Origin: an uncultured Gammaproteobacteria bacterium
Lineage (GTDB): Bacteria; Patescibacteriota; Microgenomatia; UBA12405
Length of the DNA stretch: 28,572 nucleotides
Reading direction: 5' to 3'
NCBI GenBank assembly: GCA_964434125.1
Contig: CAYSTF010000001.1
Location: forward strand, 1 to 28,572
Shown here: piece by piece, positions 18,347 through 27,958 of the stretch
How the letters are laid out: each line of letters opens with the position of its first letter
How positions within the stretch are numbered: position 1 is the first letter of the stretch
Notes under the pieces: model-generated
The model's database searches: none
What the model was told of the DNA's origin: nothing
The model's input: the letters and a program-made list of their open reading frames with translations, nothing else
Position numbers and translations under genes: made by a program

Positions 18347-19057
18347 ATGAAAATTCTTTTATTTATTTTACTACCACTTTTTTTTGTAAATTCCATAAAG
18401 GCCCTTGAGCCAACGCCAATCACCGACGACAAAACAAAAGAAATTGTTGATATTGTTAAACAAATAGTAAGCGACAATATTACCCCTACTCCAATTATTA
18501 GCGACAAACCAAAGTCTTATTTTGGTAATATTACTAAAATTTCAGAAAACACTATAACTTTATCTTTTAAAAACCAATCCCAAATTATTGAAGTAAATGA
18601 TCAGACAACTTATATTGATATAAATAGAAGAAAAACAAAATTTGATAATTTCAAGGTTGGTCAAGAAGTTCTGGCAATGGGTTACCTAAAAGAAAACCAA
18701 ATCTTAGATTGTAAACGTCTTGTAATCACCGAATTAAAATCTATAGCTAACGACAATCAAACAATTACTGGTCAAATTGTCGATATCTCAAAAGAGGCAT
18801 CAATTTTTACTTTAACACCAAACTATAACAAAAATAACCCGTTCCAATTAAAAACCGACTCAAAAACAAAAATTGTCGACACTAACAATAAAACAATTGC
18901 TAACAATCAAGCCATTGTCAATGGCAACAAAATTATTGCTATTATTAAACCAGACTTAAAGCTAGCAAACACTTTTTATACCTCAAAAATAATTGTTTTA
19001 AATTTATCTGGAAATAAAACCTCAAAGGAAACTCCGACTCCGACCTTAAAACCTTAA
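18347..19057 (+). CDS. Secreted protein with two OB-fold/DUF5666-like repeats
   Basis: Signal peptide; G-x-I-x-x-I...T-x-x-I-D...FKVGQEVLAMG repeated in a second module; TPTP linkers. Confidence 0.6.
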   Translation: MKILLFILLPLFFVNSIKALEPTPITDDKTKEIVDIVKQIVSDNITPTPIISDKPKSYFGNITKISENTITLSFKNQSQIIEVNDQTTYIDINRRKTKFDNFKVGQEVLAMGYLKENQILDCKRLVITELKSIANDNQTITGQIVDISKEASIFTLTPNYNKNNPFQLKTDSKTKIVDTNNKTIANNQAIVNGNKIIAIIKPDLKLANTFYTSKIIVLNLSGNKTSKETPTPTLKP

Positions 19058-19093
19058 AAAAAATTCTTAGTCGGTAAAAATTATTCAATATTG

Positions 19094-19795
19094 TCAGTAG
19101 ATTTTTTGTTCGACTCCAATACCTCTATTAGGTTCAATCAAACTTTCATTTGTTTCGACAAACCCTTCATATTCCATCTCAGGTTCAATACAAACATATT
19201 TGTTATCAAATAATTTTTCTCCATTTTCCTCTTTCACCCCAGTCCACAATTTAGCTTTTTTAAAATTTTTTATTTGCCAAACAAGACGATTTTTCCCAGG
19301 AATTTCAAGTATATTATTTTTTTCTAAATTAATTTCTGGATTATCTATAAAACCCCCCGTAATATCATGACCATTTAGCCTAATTCCTTTCCAACCAAAT
19401 TCTGTATCCCAATAGTTGTGTACCGCCACATGAACTCTTTTTTTTTCATCACATACATTCCTTATCAATATTTTATGACAAAAGCCATCTTTAATTTCAA
19501 ACGATTGAGTTACAGACAATCCATCTATTTCCAAGTTTATGTTTATTTTACTTTTACTCTGATTTATCAATTTCCATTCACTATTTCGAAATGGACCATG
19601 AAACACAAACCCAAATTTTTCTACTCCCTCATTGGCAAAATTAGGAATACACACATGGGTATTAGCAATTTTTCCGTCAATTCTGTTATATGTTCCCAAT
19701 ATTTTATTATTTTCTTTTATCAAACTTACAATTCTACCCCCGTTCAAATCAATTTCCAGTAGCCAATTATCCTTCTTTATTTTTAATATATCCAT
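19094..19795 (-). CDS. Aldose 1-epimerase / galactose mutarotase-like protein
   Basis: GGRI, HGPFRN, HNYW and VCIEP motifs of the mutarotase family. Confidence 0.8.
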   Translation of the reverse strand: MDILKIKKDNWLLEIDLNGGRIVSLIKENNKILGTYNRIDGKIANTHVCIPNFANEGVEKFGFVFHGPFRNSEWKLINQSKSKININLEIDGLSVTQSFEIKDGFCHKILIRNVCDEKKRVHVAVHNYWDTEFGWKGIRLNGHDITGGFIDNPEINLEKNNILEIPGKNRLVWQIKNFKKAKLWTGVKEENGEKLFDNKYVCIEPEMEYEGFVETNESLIEPNRGIGVEQKIY

Positions 19796-19815
19796 AATTT
19801 ATCTTACCTCAATAA

Positions 19816-19844
19816 TTGACAACATTTATTGTAATAGATAACAT
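19816..19844 (+). promoter_or_regulatory. sigma70 promoter for the 19850 ORF (leaderless)
   Basis: TTGACA (19816-19821), 17 bp, TAACAT (19839-19844); ATG starts at 19850. Confidence 0.55.
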
Positions 19845-19849
19845 GTGGT

Positions 19850-20560
19850 ATGTCTGAACAAAATTTAAGTATAGAACAAGCAGTAGTCAAACCGATAAGC
19901 CCAGACAATAAAGCTACTCTAACCAAAAACGAAAACGGTCTTTATTTTGATGAATATACTGGTAATAATTATATATCTACCGAAGGCGGAAAAATAATAC
20001 CTTTTAGAGACCCGATGAGTGGTGGAATATTAACTCCAAATCCTGATGGCACGTTTTTAAGTGAGAGTACTGGGAGAAATTTCGTTTTACACAAAGAACA
20101 CTTTGTCCCACTATATATACCTGATAACACATTTGAACCAGCTCATGTAGACGAAAATGGCCGACTGATTGGAAATAATACAGGGAGATCATTTGAGATA
20201 GATGATAAAGGAACAGTCTTAACACCAGAAGAAATAGAACGTCAAAATGATTCGCGAGAAGTCACCAAAAAAGTTGACAATCTTGAACAAGAATTTGAAC
20301 AACAAATATTGGAAAAATTTAGAAATTTAGGAAAATCTATTCTGGATATAATTGAAGATCCATCTTTAACAGATGAACAACGAGATCAAAAAATCAAAGA
20401 ATTAAAAGATATGTACAATCAAGAATCAAAACAAATTGGGGAAAAGCACTTTCAATCTGTTATAGATACTATACGAGGGAAAAATAAACCAAAATCAGAT
20501 GTAGCGGAATCCGAATCAGAACCCAAAAACTTTCCTAAATTAGAGTCAAATCACCCTTAA
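19850..20560 (+). CDS. Hypothetical protein with three 37-aa repeats and a C-terminal helical/charged region
   Basis: 236-codon ORF with its own promoter; Gly at 30/67/104 and Thr-Gly at 37/74/111. Confidence 0.7.
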   Translation: MSEQNLSIEQAVVKPISPDNKATLTKNENGLYFDEYTGNNYISTEGGKIIPFRDPMSGGILTPNPDGTFLSESTGRNFVLHKEHFVPLYIPDNTFEPAHVDENGRLIGNNTGRSFEIDDKGTVLTPEEIERQNDSREVTKKVDNLEQEFEQQILEKFRNLGKSILDIIEDPSLTDEQRDQKIKELKDMYNQESKQIGEKHFQSVIDTIRGKNKPKSDVAESESEPKNFPKLESNHP

Positions 20561-20652
20561 TAATTTAGTAACAATTTGGTAAAAACTGTTAATTATAAAA
20601 ACAATTAACTTACAAAATACCTAATACCAGATACAAAATACCAGACCTCATG

Positions 20653-20661
20653 TGTTATAAT
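20653..20661 (+). promoter_or_regulatory. Extended -10 promoter of rpmE (leaderless)
   Basis: TG-T-TATAAT followed by 7 nt and then the ATG at 20669. Confidence 0.65.
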
Positions 20662-20668
20662 AAGCCTT

Positions 20669-20932
20669 ATGAAACAAGGAATTCATCCAAAATATTACAG
20701 CGATTGTCAAGTTAGTTGTGCTTGTGGTAACAAATTTACCACTGGTTCAACTATCGAAAAAATCGAAGTTGACGTTTGCTCAAAATGTCATCCCTTTTTT
20801 ACCGGTCAACAAAAATTTGTTGATATTAAAGGAAGAATAGATAAATTTAAAGAAAAAGTTGCCAAAGGTAAAGCCACCGCTGAAGCAAAAGATATTAAAT
20901 CTAAAGAAAAAAAATCAAAAAAATCAAACTAG
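20669..20932 (+). CDS. rpmE: 50S ribosomal protein L31 (Zn-binding type)
   Basis: [16 protein letters not shown] and [10 protein letters not shown] motifs. Confidence 0.97.
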   Translation: MKQGIHPKYYSDCQVSCACGNKFTTGSTIEKIEVDVCSKCHPFFTGQQKFVDIKGRIDKFKEKVAKGKATAEAKDIKSKEKKSKKSN

Positions 20933-20939
20933 TATCATA

Positions 20940-20980
20940 AAAAACCGCTTTAATTTTGAACAATTTGGCGGTTTTTATTT
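20940..20980 (+). terminator. Rho-independent terminator after rpmE
   Basis: AAAAACCGC (20940-20948) / GCGGTTTTT (20968-20976) with a T-rich tail. Confidence 0.75.
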
Positions 20981-21018
20981 TTGCTACTTACTAATTACTA
21001 TTTATTAATAACCAAACA

Positions 21019-21726
21019 ATGCCCACAATAAACCCCAACATAGCCATTATGGAATTTTACCCAGGTCCTGGTGGTCAAGAGGCCACTATTTGGTCAAATG
21101 ATCTAATGAATATGTATATTCGATACGCCAATAAAGTCGGCTGGAAAGTAAGCCAGATTGACGATCATGTTATTCAAATTTCAGGGTTTGATTCTTATAA
21201 TCAGCTTAAGTATGAAGCTGGTACCCACCGAGTTCAGCGAATTCCAATTACCGAAAAAAGAGGCCGAATCCAAACATCTACAGCCTCTATTGCTATTATG
21301 CCCCAAATTGAATCGAAGGAAGTAAATTTTAGTATGGACGATGTTGTTATTACTGCCTGTCGTGCCGGTGGTAATGGTGGTCAAAATGTAAATAAAGTTT
21401 CTACCGCAGTCCACTTAGTTCACCAGCCGACCGGATTGACCTTTGATGTTCGGACTGAGCGTTATCAACAAAAAAATAGAGAAATTGCTCTAAAACTTTT
21501 ACAAAATAAATTATGGCAAATAGAAGAAGAAAAACGAGCTGTTCAGGTTGCCGGAGGTCGCTCAAATATTAGTCAATCTACCAGGGCAGATAAAATTCGT
21601 ACATATAATTATCCCCGAAATCAAATAAAAGATCATAGGATTGACAAATCATTTAATAATCTTGACGAAGTAATGCAAGGGCACCTTGACGATATTTTGT
21701 TAGAATTAACGACTCTTGAAAACTAA
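21019..21726 (+). CDS. prfA: Peptide chain release factor 1, short form lacking N-terminal domain 1
   Basis: [19 protein letters not shown] (PxT, RF1-type), GGQNVNK and IRTYN motifs; rpmE-prfA synteny; only 235 aa. Confidence 0.85.
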   Translation: MPTINPNIAIMEFYPGPGGQEATIWSNDLMNMYIRYANKVGWKVSQIDDHVIQISGFDSYNQLKYEAGTHRVQRIPITEKRGRIQTSTASIAIMPQIESKEVNFSMDDVVITACRAGGNGGQNVNKVSTAVHLVHQPTGLTFDVRTERYQQKNREIALKLLQNKLWQIEEEKRAVQVAGGRSNISQSTRADKIRTYNYPRNQIKDHRIDKSFNNLDEVMQGHLDDILLELTTLEN

Positions 21727-22151
21727 GCACCAATTGAGGCATTAATTGCTCTACTAATTGGGTAAGAAAAATCACTATCATTAATATGATTTTGTAATAA
21801 CCTTTTTGCAATCATCACGGCCTCTCCCCCATCTTCACTTTCAACTATAAATATACCCTTATCAATCACTTTTTTAACAACAGACGGACTCGAATAACTT
21901 CCATCCATATCAAGAAGCCCCTTAAGCGCTATCTCTCTCACTCTTGGATCTCGATCCAAAGTGTAACTTAAAAGCTCTAAGGAAACCAGATCACCTCTGT
22001 TATACTTTTTTAAATTCGACAATCTAACCCCAATTTCATCTTCTCTTTTTAGATCAATACCCATCTGGTCAGTTTCTTTTTGTTTTACCAAATCCATAAC
22101 CTTACCGACATCCTGCATTATGATTCCAACAAGACCTAGTCTTTCTGACAT
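21723..22151 (-). CDS. Hypothetical protein with a HEAT-like motif
   Basis: [15 protein letters not shown] resembles a HEAT/PBS repeat; own TG-C-TATACT promoter 7 nt upstream of the ATG. Confidence 0.6.
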   Translation of the reverse strand: MSERLGLVGIIMQDVGKVMDLVKQKETDQMGIDLKREDEIGVRLSNLKKYNRGDLVSLELLSYTLDRDPRVREIALKGLLDMDGSYSSPSVVKKVIDKGIFIVESEDGGEAVMIAKRLLQNHINDSDFSYPISRAINASIGA

Positions 22152-22199
22152 ACAAACCAGTATAGCAAAATCTAATTTATAATCAATTTTTTCTGCCTT

Positions 22200-23330
22200 T
22201 TAGTTCTTTTTTTCTAATATAATGTTTATTTCAGCTTCTTTTTTATCACGATAGTATTTTATCTTTAAGGTTTCACCAATTTTTTTCTGGTTAATAATCG
22301 AAACGATAGAGATATCTTTCATTTCAACTAGTTTGTTTCCATCAATTTCAGTAATTATGTCTCCTATCTTTAAACCAGATTTTTGTGCCGGGCTGTTTTC
22401 CAATATTGCTTGGACATACGCTCCTGCAGGAACATCGTTTAATAATGCCGCCTCTTTAGAAATCATTTGATAGCTTATTCCTAAATAGGGTCTATCAAAC
22501 TCACCGGTAACTTTAAAATTTTCTACCGACTGTTTAACTAAATTTATTGGTAAAGCAAACCCAATATTTTGGCCATTTTGTGACATTGCTACATTTACCC
22601 CAATGACCTTACCTGACGAATCAAAGAGAGGTCCACCAGAGTTACCTGAATTTATTGCTGCATCTACCTGGATTACGTCTTCAAGTTTTTCTGTAACCAC
22701 CCCAAATCCACCAGCGGTGATTCCTCTCCCAAGACCAGAAATTACTCCTTTTGTTACTGTCGACCTAAACTCTCCCAAAGCAGTCCCAATGGCGATTACT
22801 GTTTGTCCAACTTTTAATTTATCTGAATCGCCCAGTTCTACCGGCTTTAATTGTGTTTTATTTACTTTAATAATCGCTAAATCATTTATTGGATCACGGT
22901 AAATATTAACTACATCAACCGTTTCGTCTTTCCCTATCACTACTTTGTATTTAGCCAACAGATCGGACACCACATGTTTGTTGGTGACAATCAAACCATC
23001 TTCACTAATAATAAACCCAGTTCCAATATCTCTTTCGATGTTTTTCGTTGACACTTTTTCTTCTTTGAAACCAAACATTTGTCTAAATAAATCAATCGAA
23101 TTATCACTTACATCTTTGCTAATAGCCACTGTCACCACACTCTGATTTGCTTTTTCCACCACCCTAGTTACCACTGTCTCTTCATCAATAATTTCAGTTC
23201 TAGTTTGTATCTCTACTTTAGGTTTAATAAAATTTTTACTCACTAACACACCAACCACAACACCCCCACCAACCAAAATAAAAATTAAAACTAAAACCAA
23301 TAATAATGATCTAAGTTTTTGTGTTTTCAT
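22200..23330 (-). CDS. HtrA/DegP-family serine protease (TM + trypsin + PDZ)
   Basis: Catalytic triad motifs TNKHVV, DLAII and GNSGGP; C-terminal PDZ. Confidence 0.95.
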   Translation of the reverse strand: MKTQKLRSLLLVLVLIFILVGGGVVVGVLVSKNFIKPKVEIQTRTEIIDEETVVTRVVEKANQSVVTVAISKDVSDNSIDLFRQMFGFKEEKVSTKNIERDIGTGFIISEDGLIVTNKHVVSDLLAKYKVVIGKDETVDVVNIYRDPINDLAIIKVNKTQLKPVELGDSDKLKVGQTVIAIGTALGEFRSTVTKGVISGLGRGITAGGFGVVTEKLEDVIQVDAAINSGNSGGPLFDSSGKVIGVNVAMSQNGQNIGFALPINLVKQSVENFKVTGEFDRPYLGISYQMISKEAALLNDVPAGAYVQAILENSPAQKSGLKIGDIITEIDGNKLVEMKDISIVSIINQKKIGETLKIKYYRDKKEAEINIILEKKN

Positions 23331-23386
23331 ATTATTTAAACCACTATTAATTAATAATTAATAAATTATTAGTTTATTCTAACTAT

Positions 23387-24604
23387 TTAATTATTACCTA
23401 AGATCACTTCTTTTGCTTTTTCAAGCTGTAAATCTTTATCACTCGATTCAGTTGCCTCTTTTATTTCAACATCTGGCACTATCCCCTCTTTATGAATATT
23501 CTTACCACTAGGAAGTAACCATTTAGCTATGGTTAAGTGTAAACCGCTCCCATCGCTAAAATCCTCAGGTTGTTGTACAGTTCCTTTTCCAAAAGTTTTC
23601 ACTCCTACTAATTTTGCTCGACTATAATCACGTAAAGCCCCCGCTAAAATTTCAGAAGCCGAGGCGCTTCCCCCGTTTACCAAAACAACTAATTTGTCAT
23701 TCAAAAGATTTCCTCTGTTTTTTTCAACATTGTAGACTTCAGTTATACCTTTAGTTGATTGTTGTTTAACAATTACCCCCTCTTTGATAAAATCAGACGC
23801 AACCACAACACTCGCCTGCAAATAGCCACCAGGGTTGTTTCTTAAATCAAGGATAATTCCGCCATAACTATTACCCAAATTTTTCTTTTCATTATTAATT
23901 TTTACGACAATCTCATTCCATTTTGTAAATAAATCTTCACTAAATTTAGACATTTTTATCCAGGCGATTTTTTTATCTTTAATCTCTATCCACTTTAATT
24001 CAACCCCAGGAACTTCAATATTATCCCTTTTTAAAACTACTTCAAACCTTTTTTGGCTAGTTTCTCTATACATAGTTAGTGTGACTTCGGTACCGATATC
24101 TCCTCGAATTAAATTTACCGCCTCGGTTAAACTAATCCCATTTGTGTCTCTGTCAACATTATTTTTTACATCAACTATTTTTAATATTAAATCACCCGCC
24201 TTAATTCCCGCTTTGTCTGCTGGAGTTTGTGACAAAGGCGACATAACCGACAAGACCCCGTCCTTACTGTATCCCAAAGAGATACCAACCCCGCCAAACT
24301 CTCCAGCCAAATCCTCATTAGCACTTTTATTTTCTTCAGGTGGTAAAAAAACAGTATAAGGATCATCTAGGGCTGCGACCATCCCCTGGATTGCTCCATA
24401 TCTCATTTTTTCATTATTAATATTATCTTTTTCCAAAAAATCAGCGGACAACTTTTCTTTTACTTTCCACATCAAAGATAAATCAAATTGTCCCAAATTT
24501 GGAGGAATTATTTTATTTCCTTGACCAACCTTATAACTAACCAACGACACCACAGCTAATACCGCTAACCCCAAAAACAAATTTCTAATATTTTTCAAAC
24601 GCAT
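23387..24604 (-). CDS. S41 C-terminal processing peptidase (CtpA/Prc family)
   Basis: LDDPYT, PDZ GGVGI, DLRNNPGG, SASASEI and TFGKG motifs. Confidence 0.95.
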   Translation of the reverse strand: MRLKNIRNLFLGLAVLAVVSLVSYKVGQGNKIIPPNLGQFDLSLMWKVKEKLSADFLEKDNINNEKMRYGAIQGMVAALDDPYTVFLPPEENKSANEDLAGEFGGVGISLGYSKDGVLSVMSPLSQTPADKAGIKAGDLILKIVDVKNNVDRDTNGISLTEAVNLIRGDIGTEVTLTMYRETSQKRFEVVLKRDNIEVPGVELKWIEIKDKKIAWIKMSKFSEDLFTKWNEIVVKINNEKKNLGNSYGGIILDLRNNPGGYLQASVVVASDFIKEGVIVKQQSTKGITEVYNVEKNRGNLLNDKLVVLVNGGSASASEILAGALRDYSRAKLVGVKTFGKGTVQQPEDFSDGSGLHLTIAKWLLPSGKNIHKEGIVPDVEIKEATESSDKDLQLEKAKEVILGNN

Positions 24605-24607
24605 TAT

Positions 24608-25354
24608 TTATTCTAACACTAATAATAATCTTTCAAGACGAGAATTAACTAATATCTTTTTAGTCGATCCTTGGAATTTTAATAATTGTTCCCATGATTT
24701 TTTGTCTAATTTCAATAATGGCAATTCGGTTATCAAGTCATCCTCTTTTACATCGGTATCCGTGACCACACCAACTACACCAACGACTTCAGCTTTTAAC
24801 AAAAAACTATTAGTTAGGTTTTGGGTAAATAGTATTTTATTATTAAGACTCGAATTTAATTCGTTAGAATCATTGATTAATTTAAGATCGCTTTCCCCCC
24901 AAGACTTCCCTGCTACCAACCCTTTTCCTTTATACTCACGAGCCTTAAATTCCAGGACCAATCTGTCATCATCAATTTTTGAAACTATACTCCGTACTGG
25001 AGCGGCGATTTCTTTTTTTTTATCTTCTTTTGTCTCAATTTTTAAGTATCCAAACTCGTCAATTTCTAAAAAATTACCACTCATAGGGAAACAAATTTTC
25101 TTTGGAAATAACCCTCCAGCTAAACACATTAACTCCCCGCTATTTACCCACGCCCCACCTAGCTTTTGATTTATTTCTTTAATCTTTTTATCACTAAACT
25201 TACCAAAAAAATTTGACAAATTAATAGATTCAACCCTTCTTAAATTGGTTCTTATTACAACTTGGTCTTGCTGAACTATATCCCCTGGTTTAACCAAAAT
25301 TTCAGAGTCACTAGGAAACTTAATAATCCATTTTGCGGTAATCTTGGTTTTCAT
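24608..25354 (-). CDS. Hypothetical protein with barrel-sandwich-hybrid-like motifs
   Basis: LVKPGDIV...FPMSG and APVRSIV resemble biotinyl/RnfC-N half-motifs; operon-like spacing with ctpA. Confidence 0.6.
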   Translation of the reverse strand: MKTKITAKWIIKFPSDSEILVKPGDIVQQDQVVIRTNLRRVESINLSNFFGKFSDKKIKEINQKLGGAWVNSGELMCLAGGLFPKKICFPMSGNFLEIDEFGYLKIETKEDKKKEIAAPVRSIVSKIDDDRLVLEFKAREYKGKGLVAGKSWGESDLKLINDSNELNSSLNNKILFTQNLTNSFLLKAEVVGVVGVVTDTDVKEDDLITELPLLKLDKKSWEQLLKFQGSTKKILVNSRLERLLLVLE

Positions 25355-25377
25355 TATTTTTAATTATAACCAATAAA

Positions 25378-25409
25378 CCCCCTCAAAACCAAACATAGTC
25401 CTAAGGGGG
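25378..25409 (-). terminator. Probable terminator after rpsR
   Basis: Minus-strand RNA CCCCUUAGGAC-loop-GUUUUGAGGGG (with G-U pairs) followed by GUUUAUU. Confidence 0.6.
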
Positions 25410-25417
25410 CAATTTAT

Positions 25418-25669
25418 CTACTTAGTCAAAAAGGGCATCAAAGCCAAATGTCTCGCTTGTTTGATAGCTGAAGATAATTTTCTTTGGTGTTTAGCACAGC
25501 TACCACTAAACTGGGAACCAATTATTCTGCCTCTAGGAGATAAAAATTCTCCATATTTTTCATAGTCTTCCCAGCGTGGAGTTGTTTTTGTTTTACAAAA
25601 AGAACAGCCCCTCTCTTTACCTTTTCTTTTTGCTATTAATAAATTGTCTTTTTTGCTCTTTTTTATCAT
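25418..25669 (-). CDS. rpsR: 30S ribosomal protein S18
   Basis: CSFC...RGRI...CAKHQR...AIKQARHLALMPF; lies in the rpsF-ssb-rpsR operon. Confidence 0.95.
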   Translation of the reverse strand: MIKKSKKDNLLIAKRKGKERGCSFCKTKTTPRWEDYEKYGEFLSPRGRIIGSQFSGSCAKHQRKLSSAIKQARHLALMPFLTK

Positions 25670-25677
25670 AGTTATTA

Positions 25678-26202
25678 TTAAAATGGCATTTCGTCATTTT
25701 TTGCTTCTTCTGTATTTTTTGGTGTCTGATCAGCATCAATGTCGTCTGGAATGACAATATCTTCAATGTTCCCAGATTCCGAAACTACGTCTTGAGTAGC
25801 CTCAGTGGGGGCTTCACCAACAGCTAAATCAGCTCCCTCAACAACGGAATGTTCACTATTGTTACCCTTATTATCCAAAATAATCATGTCGTCAATAACA
25901 ATCTCAGAAATTTGTTTTTTGTTATTCTCGGCATCCATAAATTCTCGATATTGAATTCTGCCATCGACATAAACTCTTCGACCTTTTGACAATAATTGAG
26001 AACAAAGTTCACCCAACTTATTCCAAGCTACTATTCTGTGAAACTGAGCGTCCTCTTTCCTTTCTCCTTGTTTAGTTACCCAAACTCGATTAGTGGCCAA
26101 TCCAAATGATGCAACAGCCATCCCACCGGGAGTGTACCTTAACTCTGGGTCACGAGTTAAATTACCAATTAAAGTTACCCTATTAAGACATCTACTAGGC
26201 AT
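25678..26202 (-). CDS. ssb: Single-stranded DNA-binding protein
   Basis: NRVTLIGNLTRDPELRYT, VYVDGRI and acidic tail DEMPF. Confidence 0.97.
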   Translation of the reverse strand: MPSRCLNRVTLIGNLTRDPELRYTPGGMAVASFGLATNRVWVTKQGERKEDAQFHRIVAWNKLGELCSQLLSKGRRVYVDGRIQYREFMDAENNKKQISEIVIDDMIILDNKGNNSEHSVVEGADLAVGEAPTEATQDVVSESGNIEDIVIPDDIDADQTPKNTEEAKNDEMPF

Positions 26203-26244
26203 ATGATTTATCTACCCCGCATTACGGGGATCCCTCCATATTTC

Positions 26245-26532
26245 TTAAACTTTTAATATTAAATATCTAATAATATTTGCTTCTCTGTTTAATAAAAGAT
26301 TAAATTCCTTTAATTTTATTGGAGACTCTGACGATACCTCAAGAGACCAAAAATCTCCTTTATTGTTTTTTTCGACCTCATAAGCCAATTCTTTTAAGCC
26401 TAAATGGGTCTGATTAAACTCGATTTTTTTTGTTTCAAACCAAGTCGTTATCTTTTTTAAGATATTTTCTTTGTCTTCAATCTTAGGGTTTAAAACTAAG
26501 ATTATTTGATATTGATTTTTGTTTCCTTTCAT
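26245..26532 (-). CDS. rpsF: 30S ribosomal protein S6
   Basis: G-x-K-x-LAY-x-V and IIRYLI motifs; position upstream of ssb. Confidence 0.9.
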   Translation of the reverse strand: MKGNKNQYQIILVLNPKIEDKENILKKITTWFETKKIEFNQTHLGLKELAYEVEKNNKGDFWSLEVSSESPIKLKEFNLLLNREANIIRYLILKV

Positions 26533-26570
26533 GAACTCATTAGATTAACATAATATAATTGATTTAACAA

Positions 26571-27950
26571 TCACTTTATTTTTCTTATTTTACAGGAATT
26601 TTGCGAATCTTCAACCAGATAACCATTGTCTTCAATCATTTTTCTTAATTTATCAGATTCTTCCCAGTTTTTGTTTTCTCTTGCTTGTTTTCTTTTTTCA
26701 ACCAAATCTAGGATATTATCAGGAATTGATTCTTCTTGATTTTTTAGGTCCAATTTTAGACCTAATACTATATCAAAATCCAGAATAGTTGCTTTTTTGT
26801 CTTCATTTTTAATTTTTTCGTCTTTAGTTAATTTCCATATTAGAGCCAAAGCCTCGGAGGTAGATAAGTCGTTTGACAATAATTCAATAAATTTATTTTT
26901 ATAATCTTTATCTACCTGGCCACCATTGGGCCATTCATTTAACAATCCCCTTAATTTGGATAATGCCAATTCACACGATTTTAAAGATTCTAGTGAAAAT
27001 TCCAAGCCTTTTCTATAGTGAGAAGTAAGAACTAAATATTTGTGTGCCAAAGGATCATACCCCATTTCAACTAATTGTTGGGCAGTGTACCCATTTCCCA
27101 GACTTTTACTCATCTTTTCTCCACCCTTTAAAATCAACCAAGCATTGTGCATCCAATAGTTTGCCGTTTGATGTCCGAAAGCACCAAACCCTTGAGCTAT
27201 TTCATTAGTATGATGAACACCAATATGTTCAACCCCACCTGTATGGATATCAAAAGTTTGACCTAAATACTTTGTCGACATCGCAGTACATTCTAGATGC
27301 CAACCAGGAAAACCCTCGCCCCAAGGAGAGTTCCATTTCATTATATGGTTTGGTTGATTTGTTACCCATAACAAAAAATCCCAAGCATTTTTCTTGTCCT
27401 CATCAACTTTTACTCTTGCCCCCGAGTCCATCTCGCTCAACTTTAAATTAGCAAAACTCGCATACTCAGTAAACTTTGAGGTATCAAAAACCAATCCCGT
27501 ATTAGTTCTATATGCAAAACCATTTTTGTCAATTTTTTTAGCTAAATCTATCTGATCTTCTATATGTTCTGTCGCCCGACATAACACATCAGGAAAATGA
27601 ATATTAAATAGTTCTAAACTTTCAATAAATTGCTTTTCATATTTTTTTGCAATTTCCCAAGGACTCAAACCCTCTCTTTTGGCTCCTTTTTCCATCTTGT
27701 CCTCACCAGTATCAGCGTCTGAAGTTAGGTGTCCAACATCAGTCAAATTCATTACCCATTTTACTTTATACCCAACATAACGTAAAAAATTTACCAATGT
27801 TCCCCATTGTGTATAAGCATACATATGGCCAATATGTTGATTCCAATAAACAGTCGGACCACAAGAGTAAATACCCACTTCCCCATCTTTCACTGGTTTA
27901 AATTCTTCTTTTTTTCTTGTTGCAGTGTTGTACAAAAATATTTTGTTCAT
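26571..27950 (-). CDS. cysS: Cysteinyl-tRNA synthetase
   Basis: [30 protein letters not shown] and KMSKSLGN motifs. Confidence 0.97.
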   Translation of the reverse strand: MNKIFLYNTATRKKEEFKPVKDGEVGIYSCGPTVYWNQHIGHMYAYTQWGTLVNFLRYVGYKVKWVMNLTDVGHLTSDADTGEDKMEKGAKREGLSPWEIAKKYEKQFIESLELFNIHFPDVLCRATEHIEDQIDLAKKIDKNGFAYRTNTGLVFDTSKFTEYASFANLKLSEMDSGARVKVDEDKKNAWDFLLWVTNQPNHIMKWNSPWGEGFPGWHLECTAMSTKYLGQTFDIHTGGVEHIGVHHTNEIAQGFGAFGHQTANYWMHNAWLILKGGEKMSKSLGNGYTAQQLVEMGYDPLAHKYLVLTSHYRKGLEFSLESLKSCELALSKLRGLLNEWPNGGQVDKDYKNKFIELLSNDLSTSEALALIWKLTKDEKIKNEDKKATILDFDIVLGLKLDLKNQEESIPDNILDLVEKRKQARENKNWEESDKLRKMIEDNGYLVEDSQNSCKIRKIK

Positions 27951-27958
27951 ACGATATT

